Origin: a virus
Lineage: Duplodnaviria; Caudoviricetes
Length of the DNA: 25,807 nt
Reading direction: 5' to 3' (one strand)
IMG/VR virus record: IMGVR_UViG_3300017774_001882
Span: 1 to 25,807 of that record
A program made the position numbers and the translations under genes. The notes beneath the pieces are model-generated. The model worked only from the letters and a program-made list of their open reading frames with translations. It did no database searches and was not told where the DNA came from. Positions 1 through 8,740 of the stretch are shown piece after piece (positions within the stretch are counted from its first letter, which is position 1; the number at the start of each line of letters is the position of its first letter).

Positions 1-3
1 GAG

Positions 4-34
4 TTGTTTCCCAAAAAAAAAGTTCATACCTTAC
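4..34 (+). promoter_or_regulatory. Putative host-type (Bacteroidota sigma-A-like) promoter for the HD-hydrolase/sigma unit
   Basis: TTG at 4-6, 20-nt spacer, TACCTTAC at 27-34. Resembles the Bacteroidota -33 (T)TTG / -7 TAnnTTTG arrangement with an imperfect -7 end. Lies about 55 nt upstream of ATG 89. Confidence 0.45.
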
Positions 35-88
35 CCCTATATGGATTTATAAAGTATAAAGAAGTATTAATAAATTAAAAATAAAAAA

Positions 89-262
89 ATGAGAAACAAA
101 GACTTGTTTACACAGAAATTAGAAAGATTTGAATCCGAAGTAAAAAAAATCGGGTACCATGTTCATCGTAATGAACAAGCAGAAGCATATGCTAAGGTAG
201 AGGAGTTATTGGAAAAGGTAGGGGATCTTAGAACTCTATTAAATACAGAATCTCAAGACTAA
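89..262 (+). CDS. Small hypothetical protein, 57 aa, helical (not in ORF track)
   Basis: Hand translation: MRNKDLFTQKLERFESEVKKIGYHVHRNEQAEAYAKVEELLEKVGDLRTLLNTESQD*. A-rich leader; TAA overlaps the next ATG (TAATG at 260-264). Confidence 0.8.
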   Translation: MRNKDLFTQKLERFESEVKKIGYHVHRNEQAEAYAKVEELLEKVGDLRTLLNTESQD

Positions 263-999
263 TGAATCTTTCGGCAGAACAAATAGAAAAGAATTGGGAG
301 AAGCATCTTAAAATAGTAGATACTTTTATAACAGGTGATCGTAAGGAGAGGTTAAAAGCTCTTTATCTCGACCTGTCCGATGAAATGATTATGGCTCCTG
401 CCTCCGGAAAGACTTTTTACCATAATGCTTTCCCGGGAGGGTATATTGACCATGTTAATCGTGTTGTTCATTGTGCTTTAAAAACGAAAGCATTGTGGGA
501 GGAAATGGGGACTTCTATAGATTTTACCGATGAAGAGTTAGTTTTTGCAGCTCTTAACCATGACTTAGGCAAAATAGGATCTAAAGGAAAACCTAATTAC
601 ATTCAACAAACAGATAAATGGAGACAGGATAAATTAAATGAAATGTATACCCCTAATAAGGAATTAACATTCATGCTTATCCAAGACCGTTCCCTATTTA
701 CCTTACAGCAATACAGTATAGCTCTTACTGAAAGAGAGTTCTTAGCTATTAAACTACATGACGGACTGTACGACGAAGTAAACAAACCTTACTACATATC
801 CTTCAGTCCTGATGCTAAATTTAAAACTAATTTAGTATATATTCTTCATAATGCTGATTTCTTAGCCTCTAAAATAGAGTATGATAATTGGAAAAATGAA
901 GGAGGATCTACAGTTAATAAAGCTGAGAAAACAAAAGCAAGTACAGGTAAAACAGTTAACGCTTCAGAGGGATTAATGAATTTAGTAAAAAATATATAA
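262..999 (+). CDS. HD-domain metal-dependent phosphohydrolase, YhaM/Cbf1-like HD domain without OB fold
   Basis: Motifs PAS..YHNAFPGGYIDHV, LNHDLGK, IKLHDG and LHNAD match the YhaM-type HD pattern. Confidence 0.85.
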   Translation: MNLSAEQIEKNWEKHLKIVDTFITGDRKERLKALYLDLSDEMIMAPASGKTFYHNAFPGGYIDHVNRVVHCALKTKALWEEMGTSIDFTDEELVFAALNHDLGKIGSKGKPNYIQQTDKWRQDKLNEMYTPNKELTFMLIQDRSLFTLQQYSIALTEREFLAIKLHDGLYDEVNKPYYISFSPDAKFKTNLVYILHNADFLASKIEYDNWKNEGGSTVNKAEKTKASTGKTVNASEGLMNLVKNI

Positions 1000-1002
1000 A
1001 GA

Positions 1003-1296
1003 ATGGAAATCTTATTAATAGTATCAGTTGTTCTTATTTTAGTTTTAAGTTATGTGATTTACAACTTAAACCGGAAAGTAATTAAGCAAGAAGATATCCT
1101 AGAATACCAAGTAGGTTACCTTAGAAATGTTTCGTATCTTATTAGTGAATCAAAAATTTATGTTGAACAATTAGATGAGAAAGGTACATTTAGGTCAGAC
1201 GACGAAGTTGGAGTCTTCTTTAATTTTATGAAAGAAATACAAGAAACGATAAATGCCTACCGCCTCCCAGAAGACTATGGCAAAACCACCAAATAA
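1003..1296 (+). CDS. Small membrane-anchored hypothetical protein
   Basis: N-terminal hydrophobic stretch ILLIVSVVLILVLSYVIY followed by a helical soluble part; in operon context. Confidence 0.75.
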   Translation: MEILLIVSVVLILVLSYVIYNLNRKVIKQEDILEYQVGYLRNVSYLISESKIYVEQLDEKGTFRSDDEVGVFFNFMKEIQETINAYRLPEDYGKTTK

Positions 1297-1975
1297 AGAC
1301 AATTATTACTTTACACAAGAGACAGAGGACGCAATCGTAAGATATAACGCATCCTCTGATCCTGTTTACAGAGATACAGTATTTAAGAAAGAAATATACC
1401 ACCCGCTATATAAGTTAGCAGAGAATATTATACATACCTTTAAGTTCTACTACCTAGATGTAGATAGTATAGAAGATTTAAAATTGGATGTAGTTAGTAT
1501 GCTTGTAGAGGAGAAGCTTCATAGATTTGACGCTACCAATGGAGCAAAAGCTTTTTCTTACTTTCAAACAATAGTAAAGAGATGGCTTATAAATTACAAT
1601 AACCGTAACTATAAAAAACTAAAACAGGTAGGTTCTTTTGAAGAAATGGAAGACTCTTACGAAGTAGAGGGATCTCCAGACTCAGAAAGAAGAGTAACTT
1701 TAGCAGTGATAGTAAATATTTTTATTGAAAATAGTTACGATAGTATAGAAGAGCTTTTCCCTAAAGAACAAGATCAAAGAGTAGCAGATGCTATACTTAC
1801 CCTATTTAGAACTCGTCATGATTTAGAAATTTTTAGAAAGAAAGCTCTGTACATCTACATAAGGGAGATGACCGACTGCGAAACTCCTACACTTACCAAG
1901 GTGATTTCAAAACTAAAAGAAGAATTCTATAAAATATATAAATCTTACCAAGATGCAGGTTTCTCCATTCAATAA
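1277..1975 (+). CDS. Phage RNA polymerase sigma factor (gp55-like region 2, probable late sigma)
   Basis: RFDATNGAKAFSYFQTIVKRWLINY resembles sigma region 2 and the gp55 NPFAYFTQI motif. C-terminal IREMTDCETPTLTKVISKLK is HTH-like. Start at 1277 (MAKPP) preferred over 1253 because it shortens the overlap. Confidence 0.7.
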   Translation: MAKPPNKDNYYFTQETEDAIVRYNASSDPVYRDTVFKKEIYHPLYKLAENIIHTFKFYYLDVDSIEDLKLDVVSMLVEEKLHRFDATNGAKAFSYFQTIVKRWLINYNNRNYKKLKQVGSFEEMEDSYEVEGSPDSERRVTLAVIVNIFIENSYDSIEELFPKEQDQRVADAILTLFRTRHDLEIFRKKALYIYIREMTDCETPTLTKVISKLKEEFYKIYKSYQDAGFSIQ

Positions 1976-1986
1976 CATATCTACAG

Positions 1987-1995
1987 ATATTTATA
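1987..1995 (+). promoter_or_regulatory. Putative late promoter ATATTTATA (copy 1)
   Basis: Intergenic, 13 nt before ATG 2009; the motif recurs in other intergenic gaps. Confidence 0.6.
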
Positions 1996-2008
1996 TAATA
2001 AATAGACT

Positions 2009-2359
2009 ATGGGATTAGAGACAACAATATTTGGAAAAAAGACCGTTTCTGATGTTTTAAAGGAAATTTACGACAATTCTAAGAATAAAGAGAAACAAAT
2101 CAACGCTCTTATAGGAGAGTTAAAACCTCTTGTTGAGAACATAGGAGATGCAACTTTAGTTGTTCCTATGATAAAAGAGTATTTAGAGGTTGGAGTAAAG
2201 AATGATGAGCATCTTATTAAAATGGTAGCACTTGTTCAAAGACTTGAAGGAGGAGCAAAAGGGTCAGAGTCAGACTTCTTTAACCCTGAAGAGCTTGCAA
2301 AGCTAATGGAACAGAGTGAAGAACTAGGAAAACAGTTAGATAAAAAAGACGGAGAATAA
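2009..2359 (+). CDS. Helical phage protein; possible terminase small subunit-like
   Basis: 116-aa all-helical ORF, first gene after the putative late promoter. Two-helix pattern (IKEYLEVGVKNDEHLIKM) is loosely like T4-type gp16. Gene is secure, function weak. Confidence 0.4.
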   Translation: MGLETTIFGKKTVSDVLKEIYDNSKNKEKQINALIGELKPLVENIGDATLVVPMIKEYLEVGVKNDEHLIKMVALVQRLEGGAKGSESDFFNPEELAKLMEQSEELGKQLDKKDGE

Positions 2360-3498
2360 TGGCGAGTAAATCACATTTTACACCCAGTAAAGGCTCTTCA
2401 GGAAGCTCTACAGGAGGATCATCATCAGGAGGACAGTTTGGAAGAGTGGTAAGTACTATTCTATCCATAAACGATCCTAACTGTAAAGACCCTTCTATGT
2501 TAAATGGAGTATTTTACAAATTCCCTAAAATACCAGGAGACGAAAGTCAAATAGATACTTTACAATTTGCATATCAAGGAAGCTCTACAATGAGGGTTAT
2601 TCCTATGGAAGGTGAGATGGTTCAAATAGAATCAGCACCAGGAGCTAATAGTATAGGAACTCCAGGAGCAACAGTAAAATACTGGACTAAAATAGTAAAT
2701 ATTTGGAACTCCCCTCACCATAATGCAGCTCCAGATACAAAGCAAGATGGATGGCAAGACAGGTTAATTGGAGGAGCTAAGGAAGTAGGTAATATAAACC
2801 CCTTACAAGCAGCACCAGGAGATACTCTAATAGAAGGTAGATTAGGGCAGTCTATAAGATTTGGAGGTAATAAAGGAATAGACTCTACCTTAATAGGAGA
2901 TTCTAACAACGGAAGCCCTTTAATTATTATAAGTAATGGACAAATTGTTACAGATAATGGAATAGATCCTATAGAAGAAAATATAAATGATGATTTTAAC
3001 TCTTTATATTTTACATCAAAACACGTAATTCCTCTTAAAGCTATTAACATAAAAAGAGATTCTTATGATGTACAGCCTATAACTTCAGATAAGTATCTAG
3101 GAAACCAAGTACTACTAAACGGAGGAAGACTTTTCTTCAATGCAAAAGAAGATAGTGCTTTTATCTCAGCTAAAGAATCTATAGGGTTAAACGCAAAAAC
3201 ATTAAATCTAGATGCAGAAACCTATTTCTGTGTTGATGCAAAAAAAATATATTTAGGAGTAAAAGCAAGAACTGCAGGAACGAAAGAACCGGTAATTTTA
3301 GGTAGACAATTAGAGAATTGGATGAATTCTTTATTAGATGCACTAAGTAGTGTAGCTTCAGCTCTATCATCTGCAGCAGCAGTAAGTGGAGGACCGGTAA
3401 CACAGTTAAACGCTGTAGGTCCTGAATTACAAGCAGTAGTAAAGAACTTACGTACTCAGATAAGAAAATTTCAATCAAATAAAGTATTCACTGAGTAA
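2359..3498 (+). CDS. Baseplate central spike, gp5/gpV-like (OB fold plus beta-helix, no lysozyme domain)
   Basis: GRVVS...IPMEGEMV OB-fold motif, PGDTLIEGRLGQSIRFG, beta-strand repeats (SIGLNAKTLNLDA..VDAKKIYLG) and EPVILG; sits upstream of gp25 and gp6. Confidence 0.7.
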   Translation: MASKSHFTPSKGSSGSSTGGSSSGGQFGRVVSTILSINDPNCKDPSMLNGVFYKFPKIPGDESQIDTLQFAYQGSSTMRVIPMEGEMVQIESAPGANSIGTPGATVKYWTKIVNIWNSPHHNAAPDTKQDGWQDRLIGGAKEVGNINPLQAAPGDTLIEGRLGQSIRFGGNKGIDSTLIGDSNNGSPLIIISNGQIVTDNGIDPIEENINDDFNSLYFTSKHVIPLKAINIKRDSYDVQPITSDKYLGNQVLLNGGRLFFNAKEDSAFISAKESIGLNAKTLNLDAETYFCVDAKKIYLGVKARTAGTKEPVILGRQLENWMNSLLDALSSVASALSSAAAVSGGPVTQLNAVGPELQAVVKNLRTQIRKFQSNKVFTE

Positions 3499-4634
3499 TG
3501 GCAGAAACAGGTAATACCCCGGAAGAAAGGTTAGCTAGAGCAAATGTAGCAATAGTTACCGCTCTTGCTAAAAAAGAGCAGGCATATGAGAAACTCGCTA
3601 AAGCACAAGATGCTATAGAAAGAGGTAAGAAGTTTGCAGCTTCTCAAGGTAGACTCTCAAACGTAACAGCAGCATTAGAAAAAGCAGAAGCTGCTAAAGC
3701 ACAGTTTCAAGAAACAGTAGCTAAATTTGAAGCTGCAAAAGCCAAAGCAGAAGCAGCTGCAGCAAAAGCTAAGGAGCTTAGAAGAAGGTTAGAAGAAACT
3801 AGAGCAGCATTAAAAGCAGCAGGACCTTCCGTAAAGGGAATAGCAGGAGTGATAGCAACTCAAATAGGGGGAATGCGTGGTAAACTCATCGCACAAATTC
3901 AGCAAAGAGTTTTAGAGATGTTAACTAAGTTTTTAAATGAATGCCCTAATGCTAAGGAAGTTCAAAAGATTATAAAAACTAAAAATAACTTAACAAAAAA
4001 TATAACTGCTTTTCAAAAAAGAGCCCAACAATTTAAAAGTACAGCAAGTAGTCTAATAGGAGTAGCTAGGACAGTTAAAACAGCTATAACTATCATAAAG
4101 AACATACCGACCCCAACCGCTATTATACCAGGACAGATAGGAGGACTAGGGGTTCCTATGAACATCCTTAACAGGTATGCAGATAAATTAATACAGTTAG
4201 ATAAGCTTGTAGACAGGTATACTAATGAAGGAAACGCAATATTATCAACAGTAGACGGTATATTACCTGCAATTGAAAATGTTAAAAATAGGTTGAATTC
4301 TATAGATATAGCAATACAGCAATGTAGTAGTGATTCTGCATCAGCAGCAGACCTATCTTCAATATTATTAACAGCTCAACCAGTAGGTAACACAGGAGTA
4401 AATGGAACCCCTATAGACCCCTTATCTGGAGAACCAGATCCGAAATACACTTATAAAGGGTATACATTAGCAATTTTACAAGACCCAAATTCCCCAAAAA
4501 TTGCACCAAGAAGGTATGCTGTAGCGAAAGACGGAAGAGGAGTAATTGTGTTAAAAGGACAGCCATCTTTTAGTTCTTCTACAGATGTGTTACTGGATGA
4601 AGTTAAATTTAGAATAGACAATCAATTACCATAA
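3498..4634 (+). CDS. Ala/Lys-rich coiled-coil protein, probably virion-associated
   Basis: Long heptad-rich helices, a central Pro/Gly hydrophobic turn and a small C-terminal alpha/beta domain; TAATG-coupled to the spike gene. Confidence 0.6.
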   Translation: MAETGNTPEERLARANVAIVTALAKKEQAYEKLAKAQDAIERGKKFAASQGRLSNVTAALEKAEAAKAQFQETVAKFEAAKAKAEAAAAKAKELRRRLEETRAALKAAGPSVKGIAGVIATQIGGMRGKLIAQIQQRVLEMLTKFLNECPNAKEVQKIIKTKNNLTKNITAFQKRAQQFKSTASSLIGVARTVKTAITIIKNIPTPTAIIPGQIGGLGVPMNILNRYADKLIQLDKLVDRYTNEGNAILSTVDGILPAIENVKNRLNSIDIAIQQCSSDSASAADLSSILLTAQPVGNTGVNGTPIDPLSGEPDPKYTYKGYTLAILQDPNSPKIAPRRYAVAKDGRGVIVLKGQPSFSSSTDVLLDEVKFRIDNQLP

Positions 4635-4640
4635 CATAAC

Positions 4641-4648
4641 TATTTATT
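4641..4648 (+). promoter_or_regulatory. Putative late promoter TATTTATT (copy 2)
   Basis: In a 17-nt intergenic gap, 3 nt before ATG 4652. Confidence 0.5.
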
Positions 4649-4651
4649 AAT

Positions 4652-5068
4652 ATGAAGTTAGACTTATTAAAAAAACTAATCAAAGAAGCTGTGAGTGAAG
4701 CAGTTCGAGAGGAATTAGCTAAAATTCTTTCTGAAGATGTAAAACCTATTTCAAGTGCACCGGTAGTGCAACAAATAACGAAGTATGCAGAGCATAGACC
4801 AGTTGTTGCTAGACCAGCTCCTACAGGTAATCCAATTATGGATTTAATGAATGAAACAAAACATTCAATGACCCAAGGAGAGTACCAGAACTTAGTAAGT
4901 GCAACATCTGATATGGTATCAGCACAGGGATTAGGTATGAACCCTATAGAGAATTTCAGACAAGGTCCAGAACCAGGGTTAGATATCACACAGTTTGATT
5001 TTATGATGAGAGCAGGAGATGTATATAAAGCATCAGTACAAAAAGATAAAGAAAAATTCGGAGCATAA
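4652..5068 (+). CDS. Hypothetical phage protein with MKxxxLKKLIKEAVxE N-terminus
   Basis: 138-aa ORF with typical codon style, TAATG-coupled to gp25. Confidence 0.7.
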   Translation: MKLDLLKKLIKEAVSEAVREELAKILSEDVKPISSAPVVQQITKYAEHRPVVARPAPTGNPIMDLMNETKHSMTQGEYQNLVSATSDMVSAQGLGMNPIENFRQGPEPGLDITQFDFMMRAGDVYKASVQKDKEKFGA

Positions 5069-5478
5069 TGGCATTTAACGTACAGAAGATATATCCAATA
5101 GATCTACAACCTAGAAAAGCAGTTGGCGTTAGCCTTCCATTCTCTTCTAAAGCTGTATTCAATTCTACGTACACAACTCAAGATGCTTTAAAATCTAATT
5201 TAATCAACTTCTTCCTAACAGGTAGACAAGAAAGGTTTTTAAACCCAAATTTTGGAACAAACCTAAGAGCATTACTGTTCAATCAAATGACACCAGATAC
5301 TCGAGAGGAGATTCAAATAGAGGTTAGGAGGGGAATAGCAGACTGGTTTCCAAACATTACAATAGAACAACTATTAGTAGAGGAAGCACCAGACACACAT
5401 ACAGTTACTATCTACATAAAATATAGTGTAGATCAGACAAATATACAAGACGAATTGTTAATTAATTTCGAACAATAA
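5068..5478 (+). CDS. gp25: Baseplate wedge subunit / sheath initiator, GPW/gp25 family
   Basis: LKSNLINFFLTGRQERFLNPNFGTNLRALLF and IADWFPNITI are the GPW_gp25 signature. Confidence 0.93.
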   Translation: MAFNVQKIYPIDLQPRKAVGVSLPFSSKAVFNSTYTTQDALKSNLINFFLTGRQERFLNPNFGTNLRALLFNQMTPDTREEIQIEVRRGIADWFPNITIEQLLVEEAPDTHTVTIYIKYSVDQTNIQDELLINFEQ

Positions 5479-7298
5479 TGGCTCAAGATAGAGATATAAA
5501 ATATGTAAATAGGGATTTTACTGATTTTAAAACCCAGTTAACTGAATACGCAAAGAATTATTTCCCAGACGCTTATAACGACTTCTCTCCAACATCACCA
5601 GGTATGATGTTTATAGAGATGGCTGCATATGTAGGTGATATTTTATCTTTCTACCAAGATACACAGCTTCAAGAAACATATTTACAATACGCTAAAAACC
5701 CTGCAAATCTATATAACCTAGCTTATATGATGGGGTATCGACCAAAAGTTACCTCAGTATCAGAAGTTGAAGTACAAGTATCATGCACAGTCCTCCCTGC
5801 TACTAATGGAGAACCAAACTGGACTACAGCCCCTCAATTAGGTGCTGGAACACAACTAGCATCAACAACAGGAGGTAATAGTAGATTTATTATAGATCAA
5901 CCGGTTGATTTTGCATTCTCTAGTTCATATAACCCAACAGCAGTAGCAATTTCACAATTAGACCCTATTACATTTAATCCTAGTGAATTTATACTAACAA
6001 AAACAGCAAAAGCATATTCAGGAGAAGAAAAACAAGTAACAGAAACTATCGGTGCAGTCGAGAAGTTTAAAACAATAACCATAGCAGATACAGACATTAT
6101 AGGGATATCCTCTATTGTAGACAGCAGTAATAACACATGGTATGAAGTTCCTTTTCTAGGTCAAGATACAATATTTAAAGACACTCCTAATGCAGGTACC
6201 GACAGTAATATATCACCTTATTTATTAAGTCTAGAAAAAGTACCAAGAAGATTTGTGACTAGGTTTAACTCTACAGGCCAATTACAGATACAGTTTGGAT
6301 CAGGAGTAACAGGAGGGGATGACTCTGTCATTACACCAGACCCTACAAACATAGGACTAGGACTTACACCTTCTAATATTAATATCGATTACGCATATGA
6401 CCCGTCTAACTTCCTAGTAACACAGACATACGGTTTAGCTCCCTCTAATACTACACTTACAATTAAATACCTTGTAGGAGGAGGAGTAACTGCTAATGTA
6501 CCTGCAAATACAATTACAACCGTAATAACTAAGTACCCATTAGGAAATACAACTAGACAATCAACAGTAGCTTTTACTAACCCTAGAGCAGCATCTGGAG
6601 GAAGAGACGGAGATACAGTAGAAGAGTTAAGAGAAAATGCTTTAAAATCATTTAACGAACAAGGAAGAACAGTTACTTTACAGGATTATATAGTAAGGTC
6701 TCTATCACTCCCTGCCAAGTACGGATCAATTGCAAAAGTATATGTAGCACAAGATCAACTATCAAACCCTAACTCTAAAACAGATACAATAATAGACAGT
6801 AATCCACTCTCTCTTTCTATCTATACGTTAGCATATGATAATAACGGAAATTTCATACAAACAACACCAAGCCTACGTAATAACTTAAAAACGTATTTAT
6901 CACAATATATAATGTTAACAGACGCTATCAATATTAAAGATGCATTTGTAGTAAATATTGGTGTAAATTTTGATATAATAGTAAGACCAAACTACTCAGG
7001 TAGAGACGTACTACTTGCTTGTACAAATGTACTGAAAGATTATTTTAGTAATAAAAAATGGAATATAAACCAACCTATTAACCTCTCTAGCATATACACA
7101 CTTCTTGATCAAGAGAAAGGAGTACAAACAGTACAGAAAGTAGAAATAGTTAATAATGCAGGTGGGAATTACTCCGAATATGCATACGATGTAAAAGGAG
7201 CAACTAGAAATAATATAGTATACCCTTCTTATGATCCTATGATTTTTGAAGTAAAGTACTTAGATACAGATATTAAAGGAAGAATAACAACATTATAA
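5478..7298 (+). CDS. gp6: Baseplate wedge subunit, T4 gp6 / baseplate J-like
   Basis: RDFTDFK..L, DFSPTSPGMMFIEMAAYVGDILSFYQD, LAYMMGYRP, IQFGSG, ASGGRDGDTVEELR and RTVTLQDY; directly follows gp25. Confidence 0.92.
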   Translation: MAQDRDIKYVNRDFTDFKTQLTEYAKNYFPDAYNDFSPTSPGMMFIEMAAYVGDILSFYQDTQLQETYLQYAKNPANLYNLAYMMGYRPKVTSVSEVEVQVSCTVLPATNGEPNWTTAPQLGAGTQLASTTGGNSRFIIDQPVDFAFSSSYNPTAVAISQLDPITFNPSEFILTKTAKAYSGEEKQVTETIGAVEKFKTITIADTDIIGISSIVDSSNNTWYEVPFLGQDTIFKDTPNAGTDSNISPYLLSLEKVPRRFVTRFNSTGQLQIQFGSGVTGGDDSVITPDPTNIGLGLTPSNINIDYAYDPSNFLVTQTYGLAPSNTTLTIKYLVGGGVTANVPANTITTVITKYPLGNTTRQSTVAFTNPRAASGGRDGDTVEELRENALKSFNEQGRTVTLQDYIVRSLSLPAKYGSIAKVYVAQDQLSNPNSKTDTIIDSNPLSLSIYTLAYDNNGNFIQTTPSLRNNLKTYLSQYIMLTDAINIKDAFVVNIGVNFDIIVRPNYSGRDVLLACTNVLKDYFSNKKWNINQPINLSSIYTLLDQEKGVQTVQKVEIVNNAGGNYSEYAYDVKGATRNNIVYPSYDPMIFEVKYLDTDIKGRITTL

Positions 7299-7299
7299 T

Positions 7300-8409
7300 A
7301 TGGCAGTATACAGAATATTCCCGGAAAAAGATACATTTATATCAACCGAAAACGTCTTAGGAAATGCAGGTAAGGACGAAGTAATAGAACTAGGAGGATA
7401 CCCAGATATCTCAGGTACCGGTCATACAAATAGAATACTGATACAGTACAGTACTGTAGACATTAAGGATACTATAGCAAATAAAATAGGAACAGGTTCC
7501 TATAGTGCTAGTATTAATTTATACCTAGCAGATGCTTACGAATTACCAATAGAATATAATGTATATGCTTACCCAGTTTACGGAGCATGGGATAGTGGAG
7601 TTGGTAAGTTTGGAGATATTCCGACAAATAAATCTGGAGCATCTTGGCAATATAGACAATCTACAGAAACTAACGCATGGTTACTAAACTCGTACCCGCA
7701 ATATGTTACAGGTTCTTACGATACCCCACTAAATGGAGGAGGAAACTGGTATACAGCTTCTGCAGGATTTAATATGGAGTTCACACAATCGCATGCTATA
7801 AATTCCACTAACGATGTAAACGTAAATATTACAAGAGCAGTACAGCTAATAAACAGTAATACACTAACGAACAATGGGTTTATACTAAAACTCTCCGATG
7901 ATATAGAGTATAATATGTCTTCCTCTATTAGACTTAAATACTATAGTGCAGACACCAATACTATCTACCCACCATTCTTAGAATTCAAATGGGATGATAC
8001 TACCTACAGTACAGGATCTCTAACAGTTCTTTCAAATAGCATAGCAACGATAGGGGTAACTAATAATAAAGGAAAATACCCAGATATAGGAAAACAAAGA
8101 TTTAGAATATCTGCAAAACCTAAATACCCGGTTAGAGCTTTTACAACCTCTTCAGTATATCTAAAAAATTACGCTCTTCCAACAGCTTCATACTGGGGAT
8201 TAAGAGATGAAAATACAGAAGAAATGGTTGTTGATTTTGATACTAAATTTACAAAGGTTAGCTGTGATTCAACAGGACCATTTTTCGATGTGTATATGGA
8301 TGGCTTGCAACCTGAGAGATATTATCGTATATTAGTAAAAACGACTTTAGATGGAAGCACTACAGTAGTAGATAACCAAAATATATTTAAAGTAGTAAGA
8401 AATGGCTAA
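7300..8409 (+). CDS. Virion structural protein with DNRLRE/CBM96-like beta-sandwich domain
   Basis: EKDTFI..NAGKDE..LG, RILIQY, INLY, NNGFILK and YPPFLEFKWDD follow the DNRLRE-like pattern; baseplate context. Confidence 0.6.
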   Translation: MAVYRIFPEKDTFISTENVLGNAGKDEVIELGGYPDISGTGHTNRILIQYSTVDIKDTIANKIGTGSYSASINLYLADAYELPIEYNVYAYPVYGAWDSGVGKFGDIPTNKSGASWQYRQSTETNAWLLNSYPQYVTGSYDTPLNGGGNWYTASAGFNMEFTQSHAINSTNDVNVNITRAVQLINSNTLTNNGFILKLSDDIEYNMSSSIRLKYYSADTNTIYPPFLEFKWDDTTYSTGSLTVLSNSIATIGVTNNKGKYPDIGKQRFRISAKPKYPVRAFTTSSVYLKNYALPTASYWGLRDENTEEMVVDFDTKFTKVSCDSTGPFFDVYMDGLQPERYYRILVKTTLDGSTTVVDNQNIFKVVRNG

Positions 8410-8740
8410 TGATATTCAAATAAAGAAAACAGTCTATAATAAGACTGAATTTTCTAGGATAATTGATAAAAGTTTTAAGACTTACACTCAACCTATACCA
8501 GAAGAAGATACAGATACTCCTGAAGAGCTATTCAGATTATATGAAAAACTGTACTTTGTGATTGATATAGAAGGAGAAGAAGATTCACATGAATATTTAA
8601 TAAAAAAGAGTTCAGAATTAATATCTTATGAAAGAAATACAGAAGATATACAGCCGCTATTAGATGAAATAGCACAATTAAGAGTTCAATTATTACAAGC
8701 AAACCAGCAAATTCTTGACCTGGAAACAAAAGTAAACTAG
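8402..8740 (+). CDS. Hypothetical protein with C-terminal coiled coil
   Basis: 112 aa, 8-nt overlap with the upstream gene; LLDEIAQLRVQLLQANQQILDL heptads; ends in TAG directly before the next ATG. Confidence 0.75.
   Translation: MANDIQIKKTVYNKTEFSRIIDKSFKTYTQPIPEEDTDTPEELFRLYEKLYFVIDIEGEEDSHEYLIKKSSELISYERNTEDIQPLLDEIAQLRVQLLQANQQILDLETKVN

Noticed and set aside
1253-1276. Upstream ATG for the sigma gene
   Set aside because: It gives a 44-nt overlap. ATG 1277 has A at -3 and a gact context like ATG 2009, so it is the more likely start.
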